DNA from: Myxococcota bacterium
GTDB taxonomy: Bacteria > Myxococcota_A > UBA9160 > SZUA-336
Direction of reading: 5' to 3'
Assembly (NCBI GenBank): GCA_965247115.1
Contig: CBDFGR010000002.1
Span: forward strand, 1,952,001-2,016,000
DNA length: 64,000 nt
The notes under the pieces: model-generated
Seen by the model: only the letters and a program-made list of their open reading frames with translations
The model's database searches: none
Told to the model about the DNA's origin: nothing
In this document: one piece after another, positions 40,907 to 50,861 of the stretch
Position numbering within the stretch: the first letter of the stretch is position 1
How the letters are laid out: every line of letters starts with the position of its first letter
Position numbers and translations under genes: made by a program

Positions 40907-41689
40907 CTATCCCATGGCGCCGCGGACCGTCTCGCCGCCGTCGACCACATAGGTCGTGGCGTTGCAGAAGCGCCCCGCGTCGCTCACGAGCAGAAGAGCG
41001 AGACCGGCGATGTCCTGGGGCTCGCCGACGATCCCGCCCAGTCCGGCCTGGATCTCGCCCTTCTCCACCATATCGACAAGCCCAGCGGCGAGATCCGTAC
41101 GGACGATGCCGGGAGCGATGCAGACGACCCGGATCTTATCCGGCGCCCACTCCTTCCCCAGCTGCTGGGTGAGATTGATGAGAGCTGCTTTCGACGACGG
41201 GTAGGCACCGAGACCCGGATCGCCGATGAGCCCCGAGTTAGACGAGATGTTGAGAACCACGCCGCCACCGCGCTTCGACATGGACGGGTGACAGAGCTGG
41301 GCCAGGTGAAGCGGAGCCCACACGTTTCCGCGCATCGTCTTCTCGAACGTGTCCTCGGAGATCGTCGTTGCCGCACGGAGCCCACCTTCCCCCCCGGAAT
41401 AGAGGGCGTTGTTGACGACAATGTCGACCTCTCCGAGCTGCGCGACCGTCTCTTGATGCAGGCGAACGAGATCAGCGGTGTTCAGCACGTCGATCTGGAC
41501 GGACAGCGCACGTCCACCGCTCTGTTCGATCTCCTTCGCCGTCTTCTCGAGGGCCTCCTTGCCGCGTGCTGCGATCGCGACCCTGGCGCCGTTCTCGGCC
41601 AGATTGAGAGCGATGGAACGACCGATTCCTTTGGAGCCGCCGGTTACGATGGCGACCTTTCCTTCGAGCGAGATGCCTGGCATCGACAC
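40907..41689 (-). CDS. Short-chain dehydrogenase/reductase (paralog of 26764-27543)
   Basis: TGGSKGIG, NNA, YPSSK and VDGG motifs; GTG 41689 with GGAGG. Confidence 0.9.
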   Translation of the reverse strand: MSMPGISLEGKVAIVTGGSKGIGRSIALNLAENGARVAIAARGKEALEKTAKEIEQSGGRALSVQIDVLNTADLVRLHQETVAQLGEVDIVVNNALYSGGEGGLRAATTISEDTFEKTMRGNVWAPLHLAQLCHPSMSKRGGGVVLNISSNSGLIGDPGLGAYPSSKAALINLTQQLGKEWAPDKIRVVCIAPGIVRTDLAAGLVDMVEKGEIQAGLGGIVGEPQDIAGLALLLVSDAGRFCNATTYVVDGGETVRGAMG

Positions 41690-41832
41690 GCTGTCTCCTC
41701 CTACCGCGACGTGGGACAACCAGGAGTGGCGTCGCAGGCCCGCGATCTCTTGCAGTGGCGGCTACCTGAACAGGATTCCGGCTGATCGTCAAGGGGAACG
41801 CAGGCCTGCGAGTCGTGCAGCTGGGCCGGCGC

Positions 41833-42282
41833 TCAGTCCCGTCGCGACAGGCGGTAGATCAGCTCGAAGTCCTTGACGGTGGGGGGTCGTCCGAAGATCG
41901 AACGGAGCTCTTCGCCGTACTTCGCATCGTAGGCCGCGACCACTCGTTCGCTCTCCGCCACGTCGGCCACCCGTTCGGCGCGCAGCGGGTAGGCGCGGTC
42001 GCCGATACGCACGCGTACGTCCGGGCGCTCCGCGACACGCTTCGCCCAGCCCGACGCGGGATCGCCCCATACATAGAGGGTGTCGCCTGAACCGACGCCC
42101 CAGAGGTTCACGACGCGTGGCAGAATCGCGCCCCGGGCCTCGAGCTGGATCACCTGGTGGTCCTCCAGGACCTCGAAGCTGGTTGGAACCTGCGCCTCGG
42201 TGCCGCCAAGCCTGAGGCCGGAATAGTCCCCCATCGGCCCACAGCCGAGGAGGACCGTGCAAAGAAGTGCCGCCAGTCGCAT
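41833..42282 (-). CDS. Putative lipoprotein, DUF2255/split-barrel-like
   Basis: 3' part of track ORF 41833-43317; MRLAALLCTVLLGC lipobox; W..V...LYV, PDVRVRI and YDAKY motifs. Confidence 0.6.
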   Translation of the reverse strand: MRLAALLCTVLLGCGPMGDYSGLRLGGTEAQVPTSFEVLEDHQVIQLEARGAILPRVVNLWGVGSGDTLYVWGDPASGWAKRVAERPDVRVRIGDRAYPLRAERVADVAESERVVAAYDAKYGEELRSIFGRPPTVKDFELIYRLSRRD

Positions 42283-42564
42283 GGACGCCGGGGCCGGCTG
42301 CAGTTCAAGTGTCATTACAGATCCCTCTACTTTAGGGCGGCAACCATGCCCACGCCCCGTAGAAAGATCAAGAGAGTGGAACGGAGCCAAATCGTCAGGA
42401 GCTCGTGGATGCGATGATCGACGCTGTACTGGAGGAGCACGACCGACGTCAAACAATCCCGGAATGGCATCGACTGCGCGCGACTTGTAGTATTCGCCTC
42501 CTAGACAGGGCTCCGGCCGGCCGTCGTGATGAACGTAGCCCTGCGAAACTGAGGGCAGAGCGAG

Positions 42565-43821
42565 ATGGGGGACTTCCCGTATGCGACGAGCTTCTGGGCC
42601 GACCCCGGGCCCGCAGAGCGGACCGAGCCGCTCCGCAGCGACGAGCGGGCCGATGTGGTCGTGGTGGGAGCGGGCTACGCGGGTCTTTCCGCGGCCTTCT
42701 ACCTGAAGCAGGAACGTCCCGACCTGGACGTGGTCGTGGTCGAGGCAGAGCACGCGGGGTTTGGAGCCAGCGGACGGAACTTTGGCTGCGTCGCCCCCGA
42801 CTTCCTCGCCGAGATCTCGCTTCCGCTTGAAGAGCTGCGAGCGGAGGGGCGTTTCCTGATCTCGGCGCGGGAAGAGCTCCGGAAGCGGATCAGCTCGGGC
42901 GGCTTCGACTGCGAGTATCGCCCCGAGCACACCCTCTACGCGGCGTGGGATGACGACGGGTGGTTGGCGCTCCAGCGCATGGGCCAGCAGTTCGAGGAGC
43001 AAGGCGTCCCGAATCACTTGCTGAGCGAGCAGGAGCTTGGCGCCGCCGGCGGCCCTGCGGCCCGCGGAGCACTGGTCCACACGGCGTGGCACATGGTGCA
43101 GCCCTACAAGCTCGTGCGGGGACTTCGCGCCTCGGTGTTGGGCAGTGGCGTGCGTCTCTACGAGGGCACCCCCGTGCGCGCTGTCGAGCCCGGCTCCCCC
43201 GTGGTGGTTCATACCGCCAGCGGCTCGGTGACCGCCGGGAAGGCGGTGATGGGAACGAACGCCTACAGCGAGCGCTTCCCGCTGCTGAAGGGCGTCGTCG
43301 TTCCCATCCACAACCACGTGATGGCCACGGAGCCGCTATCCGACGAGCAGCTCGAGCGCATCGGATTTGGCACGTGTCCCGTCGTGCTCGACGCCGGGAT
43401 CCAGTTCTACTACGCGCAGGTCTACGAGCGCCGCCTGCTCTTCGGTGGCGGCGGAGGCAACATCGACGAGGGCCCGCTGGCCCGCGTTTCCTCGCTCGAC
43501 CAGGCGGCGGACCGCGACGACGCCCAGTACGAGCGCATCCACGCCGAGCTGCTGCGGCGCTACCCGTTTCTCGAGGGCGAACGCATGGAGGCGGTCTGGG
43601 GCGGCCCGATAGCGGTCACGAACAGCACTCGGCCGGTCGTGCGGGAGCTGCCCGACGCGGAGAACGTGATCGTCAGCGTCGGCTTCAACGGCTCGGGCGT
43701 CGTCTCGGCCAACGCCTCGGGCAGGATGGTGAAGGGCCTCGTGCTCGGCGAGCGACACGTCGACGACGAGGCCGAGCGCGTGCGCAAAATCTGGGAGAGA
43801 GCGGCCGAGGAAGCTCTCTGA
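42565..43821 (+). CDS. FAD-dependent oxidoreductase, DAO/PuuB family
   Basis: VVGAGYAGL, GFGASGRNFG, WGG and GFNGSGV motifs. Confidence 0.9.
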   Translation: MGDFPYATSFWADPGPAERTEPLRSDERADVVVVGAGYAGLSAAFYLKQERPDLDVVVVEAEHAGFGASGRNFGCVAPDFLAEISLPLEELRAEGRFLISAREELRKRISSGGFDCEYRPEHTLYAAWDDDGWLALQRMGQQFEEQGVPNHLLSEQELGAAGGPAARGALVHTAWHMVQPYKLVRGLRASVLGSGVRLYEGTPVRAVEPGSPVVVHTASGSVTAGKAVMGTNAYSERFPLLKGVVVPIHNHVMATEPLSDEQLERIGFGTCPVVLDAGIQFYYAQVYERRLLFGGGGGNIDEGPLARVSSLDQAADRDDAQYERIHAELLRRYPFLEGERMEAVWGGPIAVTNSTRPVVRELPDAENVIVSVGFNGSGVVSANASGRMVKGLVLGERHVDDEAERVRKIWERAAEEAL

Positions 43822-44069
43822 TGCGGATCCGCGCGCCGAAGCTGAACACGGAGATGCAGATCGAGCGCGTGGAGGCGCGTGATGGGCGGGTCGTCATGCG
43901 GGGGCGCGTGGGGCCATTCGATGCGGCCGCCTCCTTTGCTCCGGGCGAGCTGCTGGGGCTCGGGCTCCGCTGCCTGCGCCCGAGTATCCTGGGGACCTGC
44001 CTGGGCTGGCTGCTGTTCGGCCGCAGGCGGGCCGGGCGACGGCGGCAGCAGCGTGCGGGAGCAGCTTGA
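43821..44069 (+). CDS. Small hypothetical protein
   Basis: TGATG coupling to the upstream gene; MRIRAPKLNTEMQIERVE... Confidence 0.55.
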   Translation: MRIRAPKLNTEMQIERVEARDGRVVMRGRVGPFDAAASFAPGELLGLGLRCLRPSILGTCLGWLLFGRRRAGRRRQQRAGAA

Positions 44070-44117
44070 TTCCAGCGGGTACTTGTGGGCAGCTTCACGA
44101 CTGCCGAGCGTGCGGGG

Positions 44118-45308
44118 TCAGTTCAGAAAAGTGATCGCCTCGTCGAGCAACGGAGCGTCGGCAGGTCGCGGTAACCAGTAGTCCGCGATCTGCCTCACAC
44201 AATTCGCTGGTTCAAAGGCCTGTTCGAGACCGAGCACGCCCTTGTCTTGAACCTCGCCACGCAGAATCCCGAGTGCTCCTACGGCGAGTGGGACCGTTGT
44301 TCCGTGGATCGACGACTCGTAGCACCCCCGGAAACCGACGTCGCAGCGGGCCGGCCTCCCATCCTTCCTGCCGACGGCTGTCGCGTAGGCACCCGTCTGA
44401 TCTTCCTCGCCGCTACGAGCGAGCAGCCGGTCAGAATCCGCCTCGAATTTCTCGCTACAGAGCTCTGCTGCTCGTCTGAGTGTCAGCGCTCCTCGAGTAA
44501 TGCTCGCGCTCAGATCCTCGAGGAGCTCGTTCAGGTGGGGCGGATAGAGACCGCCGAAGTCGCTCACCGCCTTCACTCCGGAGACACAGCGCGGCAGCGT
44601 GACGGCTTCGCCGGCACCGACGAGTGGCAGCGGCAGGGGCTCCCCGCGCTTCAGCGGGACCTCCGAGCTCACGGTGTGTGGGGGAACCGTGAGCCACTGC
44701 TTGTCGCGATAGAGACGGATCGGCTCCGAGATGGCCTTGAGACGCGCCTCGACGGAGGTCAAGGTGCGACGGCGGTCTCCGGCAGCTTGGCGCAGCTCCC
44801 GCTGCTGCTCGCTCGTCATGCGTGCATCGGCGACCCAGTAGGTGCGGATCGTGTCGACCTCATCGAGACGGAGTGCCGCGTATCGACCCAGCACGGCCGT
44901 GGAGCCCGGCGTGTGTCCCGCACCGACGATCGCGGTGATTCCGGCCTGCTGTGCAGCGTCATGCAACTCGAGCTGTTTGTCGATGATCGCTCCCACATCA
45001 CACAGATCACAGAAGTCACGCCGGGCCCTGATCGCCGCGCGCAGTGCCGGCATGCCGACGGCTTCGAACGGCCCGCCCGCATTCAATACAAGGTCCACAT
45101 CACGCAGATCCCTGACCAACCTCTCCTCGTCCAGGATGTCGGTCTGAAGAGCCCGCGCCTTCTCCCCCAGCAGCGCTGCCGTCGACCTCGCCAGATCTAC
45201 GTTGCGCCCAGCGATCACGAGCTCCGAGATCGCCTCACTCTTCACCAGTGTGTCGGCGAGCACGGCTCCGTAGGTACCCGAACCTCCCAAGACGCATACA
45301 CTGGCCAT
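44118..45308 (-). CDS. Saccharopine dehydrogenase family oxidoreductase
   Basis: VLGGSGTYG, IAGRN, NAGGPF, FCDLCD and GAGHTPG motifs. Confidence 0.85.
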   Translation of the reverse strand: MASVCVLGGSGTYGAVLADTLVKSEAISELVIAGRNVDLARSTAALLGEKARALQTDILDEERLVRDLRDVDLVLNAGGPFEAVGMPALRAAIRARRDFCDLCDVGAIIDKQLELHDAAQQAGITAIVGAGHTPGSTAVLGRYAALRLDEVDTIRTYWVADARMTSEQQRELRQAAGDRRRTLTSVEARLKAISEPIRLYRDKQWLTVPPHTVSSEVPLKRGEPLPLPLVGAGEAVTLPRCVSGVKAVSDFGGLYPPHLNELLEDLSASITRGALTLRRAAELCSEKFEADSDRLLARSGEEDQTGAYATAVGRKDGRPARCDVGFRGCYESSIHGTTVPLAVGALGILRGEVQDKGVLGLEQAFEPANCVRQIADYWLPRPADAPLLDEAITFLN

Positions 45309-45358
45309 GGCTTAGTGTACTGTAGAAGAAGATACGGCTCGCAAGGAGGAGGATTCGC

Positions 45359-45844
45359 ATGGCGACCACGACCCCGATCGACCCCGCGGCCCAGGAGTTC
45401 TTCGAGAGCCTGAGGAACCCGATGTCGCGCGAGAAGCGCGAGGCGTTTCTGGCCGAACCTCACATCACCGTGATGTCCATCGCCCGTGACGGGCGCGGCC
45501 CCCTGTCCGTACCCATGTGGTACGGCTACGAGCCGGGCGGCGACATCTCGATCATCACGGAGACGGACTCGTTGAAGGGCAGGGCGCTCCAGGAAGGGGT
45601 TTTCATCACCTTCTTGATGACGAGCGACTTTTCAACCTACGTCGTTGTCGAGGGCCCGGTGGCCTCCCTCCGCGAGCCGACGATGGCAGACCTGCTGCCC
45701 ATGAGTCACCGCTATCTTGGCGCGGAGGAGGGAGACCGGTACGCGAAGGTCATCGAGCCGACACTCCCCCACAGCGTGCTGATGACCGTGCGACCCCAGC
45801 GTTGGTCGTCGAACGCACTGAACGTGCCGGTCAACGAGGAGTAG
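45359..45844 (+). CDS. Pyridoxamine 5'-phosphate oxidase-like (PPOX/split-barrel) protein
   Basis: REAFLAEPH, GPLSVPMWYGY, YVVVEGPV and RYLG motifs. Confidence 0.8.
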   Translation: MATTTPIDPAAQEFFESLRNPMSREKREAFLAEPHITVMSIARDGRGPLSVPMWYGYEPGGDISIITETDSLKGRALQEGVFITFLMTSDFSTYVVVEGPVASLREPTMADLLPMSHRYLGAEEGDRYAKVIEPTLPHSVLMTVRPQRWSSNALNVPVNEE

Positions 45845-45862
45845 GCCGCTCTCGGGTCGTTG

Positions 45863-46948
45863 TCAGTACACGGCGACTGCGACCGCAAACATCAGGATCG
45901 CCAGGCCGAGGACGTAGCGCCAGATCTCCTGCTGGTCATCGTCCGCAACCAGCTCGAACGAGATGCTTCGGTGGGAGCTGACGACGTCGTTCAGAAAGCT
46001 GGTGGCGCTCAGCTCTGCGTTGTCGATGATGAAGGTTCGGCCGCCACTGCGCTCTCCGAGGAATTTCAAGGCGTCGGTATCGAGCCGGGTCCTGATCGTC
46101 TCGAGCTCCTCCTCGAGCGTGTCGTCGTAGTCGAGCCCCTTCTTGTAGTCCAGGAGAACGTCTGACAGGTGTACACCCGTTCGTGCGCCGATTCCGATTG
46201 GATAGACCTTCAAGCCTCTCCGTTGAAGCTCGGACAGCGCCTGATTCAGCCGCTGCGTCTGTTCCGCGTCCGCAGCATAATCCCCGTCTGAGAACAGAAG
46301 CACCAACCGGTCGGTCCGTCTCGTGGGCTTCCAGTCCCGGCTTCCGGCCACGAACCGGTCCTGACTGTCCAGGGACTGATAAACATGCTCGAAGACCGCC
46401 GCCACGTCGGTATCCCAGGGGAAAGCGTCGCCCGTGAGAGTGGTTGGGGGCCGGATCCTCCCGACCTCTCTGAGGAACCTCTCGCTGTTGGACGACAGGT
46501 GGACCTTTCTCAACGCGGTACCACCAAACACGAACAGCCCCACCCGATCACCTTCCCTGAGGATGTCTTCGGCGTACAGGTTGAGGATCTCCCGCACGGC
46601 CAGATCGAGGCGCGAAGGCTTGAGATCCTTGACCCACATGGAGGCCGAGATGTCCAACACCACGGGGACGTCGACGCTCCCCCGTTCAAAACTCGACGCC
46701 CCATAGCTGAAGTACGGCCTTGCAGCTGCGAGAATCGTCATGGTCAGCACTACCAGTGCGAAGAGCCACAGCTTGATTCTGCCGATCAGTGGGTAGGAGG
46801 ACCCGTAGGTCTTCGCGGGCCTCGCGCGCCGCTTGATGGAGTACGCCAGCACGGTGAGAACCAGACCGACCCCGGCTATGGGGAGGAGTGCCAGGTACTC
46901 CGGATTGGCGAAGGTGATGTTGAGCACCGCGGCCCATAGGTCAGACAC
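45863..46948 (-). CDS. Membrane-anchored VWA protein (MxaL/BatB-like)
   Basis: N-terminal double TM (FANPEYL), MIDAS DISASM, PSRLDLA, LFSDGD and C-terminal TM. Confidence 0.82.
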   Translation of the reverse strand: MSDLWAAVLNITFANPEYLALLPIAGVGLVLTVLAYSIKRRARPAKTYGSSYPLIGRIKLWLFALVVLTMTILAAARPYFSYGASSFERGSVDVPVVLDISASMWVKDLKPSRLDLAVREILNLYAEDILREGDRVGLFVFGGTALRKVHLSSNSERFLREVGRIRPPTTLTGDAFPWDTDVAAVFEHVYQSLDSQDRFVAGSRDWKPTRRTDRLVLLFSDGDYAADAEQTQRLNQALSELQRRGLKVYPIGIGARTGVHLSDVLLDYKKGLDYDDTLEEELETIRTRLDTDALKFLGERSGGRTFIIDNAELSATSFLNDVVSSHRSISFELVADDDQQEIWRYVLGLAILMFAVAVAVY

Positions 46949-46951
46949 GGT

Positions 46952-47629
46952 CTACCCTCTTCGCCGCCTGACTGGCACACCCTCGCGCTGCATTTCTTGC
47001 AGCTCGGGGGGCTCGATTTCCACGTAGGTTTCCAGGGCTCGTTTAATGGCCGCCGGATCACTTGTCAGGTCGTAGTTCCACGTGTAGTCGAACCGTTCGC
47101 CGGGATCACTTCTGAGTGCGCGCTCGAAGTCCGGATTCACCTTCTCCAGGACCTCGTTGATGATGTCTGCTCTGGCCCGGATCGCCGCCGCGCTGTCGCC
47201 CTCGATCGCTCGGTAGCGGAGCTGGGCGAGCCTGAACTTCGCGACGCCGAGGAGATACGACGCGCGATGGTCATCGACCTTGTCCTGAAGATCAGACACG
47301 ATCGTCTCGTAGTCGCCCGTGAAGTAGGAGAAGGCCGCCTGGTGGAGAAACGAGTCGCTGAACAGGTACGAATCCGCAAGCTCTTGCAGGCCCAGCCTGC
47401 GACTGCGCTGATAGAACGCCGTGATCTCGTCCAGCTCGGCTTGCGCGGCACTCTGGTCGCGATTCCTGACGTGGTAGCTCAACCCCTCTAGATGGGCATA
47501 GAAGTTGCCGAGGCTCGACGCTGGCACAGCAACAACGATCAGGAACCCGATCGCCAACACCAGGCCCACAGCCCAGCGAACGGGGCTCTGTTGCCTGAGG
47601 AAGTTATCGCGAGACGGGGTATTCATCAT
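46952..47629 (-). CDS. Membrane-anchored helical/TPR-like protein (MxaK/BatC-like)
   Basis: One N-terminal TM; FERALRSDP...YTWNYDL resembles the MxaK/BatC TPR end; lies between two VWA genes. Confidence 0.6.
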   Translation of the reverse strand: MMNTPSRDNFLRQQSPVRWAVGLVLAIGFLIVVAVPASSLGNFYAHLEGLSYHVRNRDQSAAQAELDEITAFYQRSRRLGLQELADSYLFSDSFLHQAAFSYFTGDYETIVSDLQDKVDDHRASYLLGVAKFRLAQLRYRAIEGDSAAAIRARADIINEVLEKVNPDFERALRSDPGERFDYTWNYDLTSDPAAIKRALETYVEIEPPELQEMQREGVPVRRRRG

Positions 47630-47643
47630 GTCGAGTCCTCGGA

Positions 47644-48774
47644 TTAGGGATCGGTTCCCCAGAACAGCTCGCTGGTCAAGCCGAGCGGGATCACGATCAG
47701 CAGGATCATGCTGCCGACCAGCAGAAACCGCATGAAGATGGGCACCTTCAGCGCGCGATACTTGACCTCGACTCGAACCGCCTCGCGCTCGTCGATAGCC
47801 CGGTAGGCGCTCGCCAGGCTGTGCGGATCGTTGACGTCGAAGTAGTCGCCCCCGTGCTCCCGGACTCGCTCAACCAGCCTTGGTGTATGGCTGTTCGTGG
47901 CGCCGGCAATGCGGAGATTGCTCGTGTTGATGAAGATGATGTAGGGCACGATGTTCCGCTTCTTGAGCTCCTGGAACTGCGCCTCTGGATACCGATCGAT
48001 AGCGGCATCGGTGATGATCAGCACGGCCCGGTTCTGGTTCTCACCGTCCGTTAGCTCTGTCGCATCGTTGTCGAAGTGCCTGAGGATGGCCTCGAGCGGC
48101 CGTATGATATTGGTGTCGCCTTCGGCCGCGATGATCTTGACCTTTTCACGCGGCACCATCATGGCTTTGTCTATGCGCTGGGTCGTGACATACGGTGCGT
48201 CGTACACCTGAAAGTAGTAGAGCTCATCGTCTATCACGAAGTCGTCGACCATGTACGGGTAGTTCGAGAAGAGCCACAGAGACACCCGGTCGTTCTTCCC
48301 CGCCCGCATCTCGAGGAATTCGAGATGCGCGTTCCTGGCAACTTCCGCCTTGGACTTGCCGGTGCCAGGAAACTCCCAGGACATCGAGCCAGACGTGTCG
48401 ACGAGATCGACTCTGATTCTCGACTCGACGTATCCAGACACCTCCTCCGTACTGGTCAAGAAGGGATCCGCGATCGCCACCAGTAGACAGACCAACACCA
48501 CTGCCAGACCCAGCTTCGGTATGGTATTGAGCGCTTTTACCCCTAGTCCGCGCCGGTGCTCGTACGAAACGAAGTGACCGGAGTGGTGGCGGGAGTGCTT
48601 TCGCCGGCGGAGCGCCGTCCAGGCGATCTTGAACAGAAGCAGGCCGACGATCGCTCCGCCGAGCCAGATGGCGAACGCCTCGTCGGCGTACCGCACTTGA
48701 CCGAATTCCGTGTCCAGGAATTCCACCAGTCCCGTCTCGACGAAACGAACAAGCTCTTGCCACGCTACGCTCAT
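47644..48774 (-). CDS. Membrane-anchored VWA protein (MxaC/BatA-like)
   Basis: MIDAS DTSGSM, DRVSLWLF, GDTNI, IITD, AIDERE; N- and C-terminal TMs. Confidence 0.82.
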   Translation of the reverse strand: MSVAWQELVRFVETGLVEFLDTEFGQVRYADEAFAIWLGGAIVGLLLFKIAWTALRRRKHSRHHSGHFVSYEHRRGLGVKALNTIPKLGLAVVLVCLLVAIADPFLTSTEEVSGYVESRIRVDLVDTSGSMSWEFPGTGKSKAEVARNAHLEFLEMRAGKNDRVSLWLFSNYPYMVDDFVIDDELYYFQVYDAPYVTTQRIDKAMMVPREKVKIIAAEGDTNIIRPLEAILRHFDNDATELTDGENQNRAVLIITDAAIDRYPEAQFQELKKRNIVPYIIFINTSNLRIAGATNSHTPRLVERVREHGGDYFDVNDPHSLASAYRAIDEREAVRVEVKYRALKVPIFMRFLLVGSMILLIVIPLGLTSELFWGTDP

Positions 48775-48787
48775 ACGTGATGGCGCT

Positions 48788-49903
48788 CTAGCCGTCGCCC
48801 CCTAGCTGAGCCCCCCTCCGGCGATCAACCCAATCGGCGAGGCTCGTCGACACACGCACAAGTGGGCGAAGCTGCCTGAGCGACCGCTGGAGCCGCCTGG
48901 CCTCCATTTCCGCATCCTCAACCGGAGCCGGCTTCCCTTGCTCCAACCCGCCCTGATACACGACCATCTTCGAGGCCAGCGTCATCAGGGCGTCCTTTCG
49001 CGTTCCGCTCTTGACGCTGCGTTCGATGTGCGCCTTGATGTCCTTGGGAGTATCTCCAGGATTCAGCTCTGGAAGCTCGGCCCGCAGCAGGTCCTTCAAC
49101 GAAATGACCAGACTGCGCTCCAGCGCGAGCCATGCCTGTCCATTCCCTGGCGAAGACTGGTGGTCCATGGCACCGAGTACCTTCAGCTGCCGGGCGAGCT
49201 GCCGCCTCGTCTGGCCGGCCGCGGGCTCCAGATACACCTCGAGCGCCTCGAGGTCATCCTCCCCCTTGAGTGGATCCTGACGGGCTAGCCGGGGCCTCCT
49301 CATCAGTCTGACGAACAGGACGAGCCACACGACCAGCGGCAGCGGTGCGATCGTCCACGCGATCGCTTTCATGATCGTCGCTCTTGTCCTGAAGCTGCCG
49401 AGCTCGACGGTATCTCGAACATCGATCACCGGATCTTCGGTCACAGTAGTCACATAGCTGACATACAGCTCATCGCTGTCGATCAGTTGCGCGTCAGCGT
49501 CCTCAATGGTCTCGCCGAGATCCCGGACCAACCAGAAGAAGCGCACCCTCGGCAGCACGTATGTTCGCTTGGTGGGATTCAGCATTCGAAAGGTGTAGGC
49601 GAAATCCCAGATGTGCTCGTCACCAACCCTTCGCTTCACGACCGCCACGGAGCTGGCATCGAAGGGGTCGACGGAGAGATTCTCCGGCACCATTCGATCC
49701 TCGAGAACGACCAGCTCACGACCCTCGCCAATCAGGTCGGGAAACTTCACCCGGTACACAACGACGAACGGCTCGCTCGACTTCACGACCGTGGGAACCG
49801 GCTTCAAGGTCTCCACCGTCAAGGGCGCTGGTTCCTGGCCGAGAACGTTTCGGGCGAGAAGCAGGAGGATGGCTGCGCCGATTGCGTTGCGCTTCATGGT
49901 CAA
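48788..49903 (-). CDS. Signal peptide + beta-rich domain + TM + helical tail protein (MxaA-like by position and topology)
   Basis: Topology from the translation; lies between the DUF58 and VWA genes. Confidence 0.55.
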   Translation of the reverse strand: MTMKRNAIGAAILLLLARNVLGQEPAPLTVETLKPVPTVVKSSEPFVVVYRVKFPDLIGEGRELVVLEDRMVPENLSVDPFDASSVAVVKRRVGDEHIWDFAYTFRMLNPTKRTYVLPRVRFFWLVRDLGETIEDADAQLIDSDELYVSYVTTVTEDPVIDVRDTVELGSFRTRATIMKAIAWTIAPLPLVVWLVLFVRLMRRPRLARQDPLKGEDDLEALEVYLEPAAGQTRRQLARQLKVLGAMDHQSSPGNGQAWLALERSLVISLKDLLRAELPELNPGDTPKDIKAHIERSVKSGTRKDALMTLASKMVVYQGGLEQGKPAPVEDAEMEARRLQRSLRQLRPLVRVSTSLADWVDRRRGAQLGGDG

Positions 49904-49943
49904 TGTTCCCGGTCTCTGCGGGCGACCTCGGCCGTGCCCGGGC

Positions 49944-50861
49944 TCAGCGACCGGATCTCGCCATCAAGAAGGTGGAGAGCTCCTCGAACCAGTTCGTGGG
50001 CGTCAGCACAACCGAATCGATCCCCGCTCGCCGCTTCAGGGTCGCCATCAGCGCTTCCCGGGACTCCTCGATCTGTCGGCGCACGGCCCCCGCGCGGCGT
50101 GCCGACATCACGACCTCCTCCCCTGTCTCCATGTTGGTGGCCCTCACGTAGCCCAGCTTGCTCCGCACGACATGTTCCTCGGGGTCGTCCAGGATCAGCA
50201 CGATCATATCGTGCTTCGACCCCAGACTGCCAAGCAGGCCGGAGTCGAAGGCGTCTGGCTCGTTCAGGAGATCCACCACATCGGAAATGAACACTATTGA
50301 GTGTCTCATTTTCAGGCGACTGGCCAGAAAGTTCAAAGCCACGGAGAGGTCGGTTGTCCGCTTCGTCGGATACTCTCTCTCGAACTGCACTTTCTCGAAG
50401 ATCCGCTTTGCCATGAAAAAAATGTGCGAGCTGCCCAGCTTGGGCTTCAGGTACAGCTCAACTCGGTCTGAAAACCCGAGCAGTCCGACCGGGTCTTGCA
50501 CGTGTGCCCGCGTCAAGCCGATGGCGCCGATCAGATCGAGCAGCAACAGGGCCTTGTTGGCGTCCTGGAGAATTCTGAACAACGTCGAAGAGGAGAGGTC
50601 GGCGACCAGAATGGTCCGCATCTCCTTCGGTTCCATCCTCTCGATCTTGTAGATCTTGTCCGGGTACGTGCGAAGACTCAGGCTCCAGGAGATGTCCTTG
50701 AGCGGTTGCCCGTCTCTCCACTGATCGACCCCGACAATGTCGTAGCCAGAACCCTTGAAGGCGCTTCGATGCTCACCGAAGGAAAAGCTAGTGGACTTCT
50801 TCTTGGCTTTGGCACCCCGATTGAGCTCGCGGAATCTGGAAAAGACCTCCTCTACTTCCAC
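49944..50861 (-). CDS. DUF58 family protein (MxaS-like)
   Basis: GEHRSAFKGSG, DISW, VADLSSS, DPVGL, VFISD and KHD motifs. Confidence 0.87.
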   Translation of the reverse strand: MEVEEVFSRFRELNRGAKAKKKSTSFSFGEHRSAFKGSGYDIVGVDQWRDGQPLKDISWSLSLRTYPDKIYKIERMEPKEMRTILVADLSSSTLFRILQDANKALLLLDLIGAIGLTRAHVQDPVGLLGFSDRVELYLKPKLGSSHIFFMAKRIFEKVQFEREYPTKRTTDLSVALNFLASRLKMRHSIVFISDVVDLLNEPDAFDSGLLGSLGSKHDMIVLILDDPEEHVVRSKLGYVRATNMETGEEVVMSARRAGAVRRQIEESREALMATLKRRAGIDSVVLTPTNWFEELSTFLMARSGR

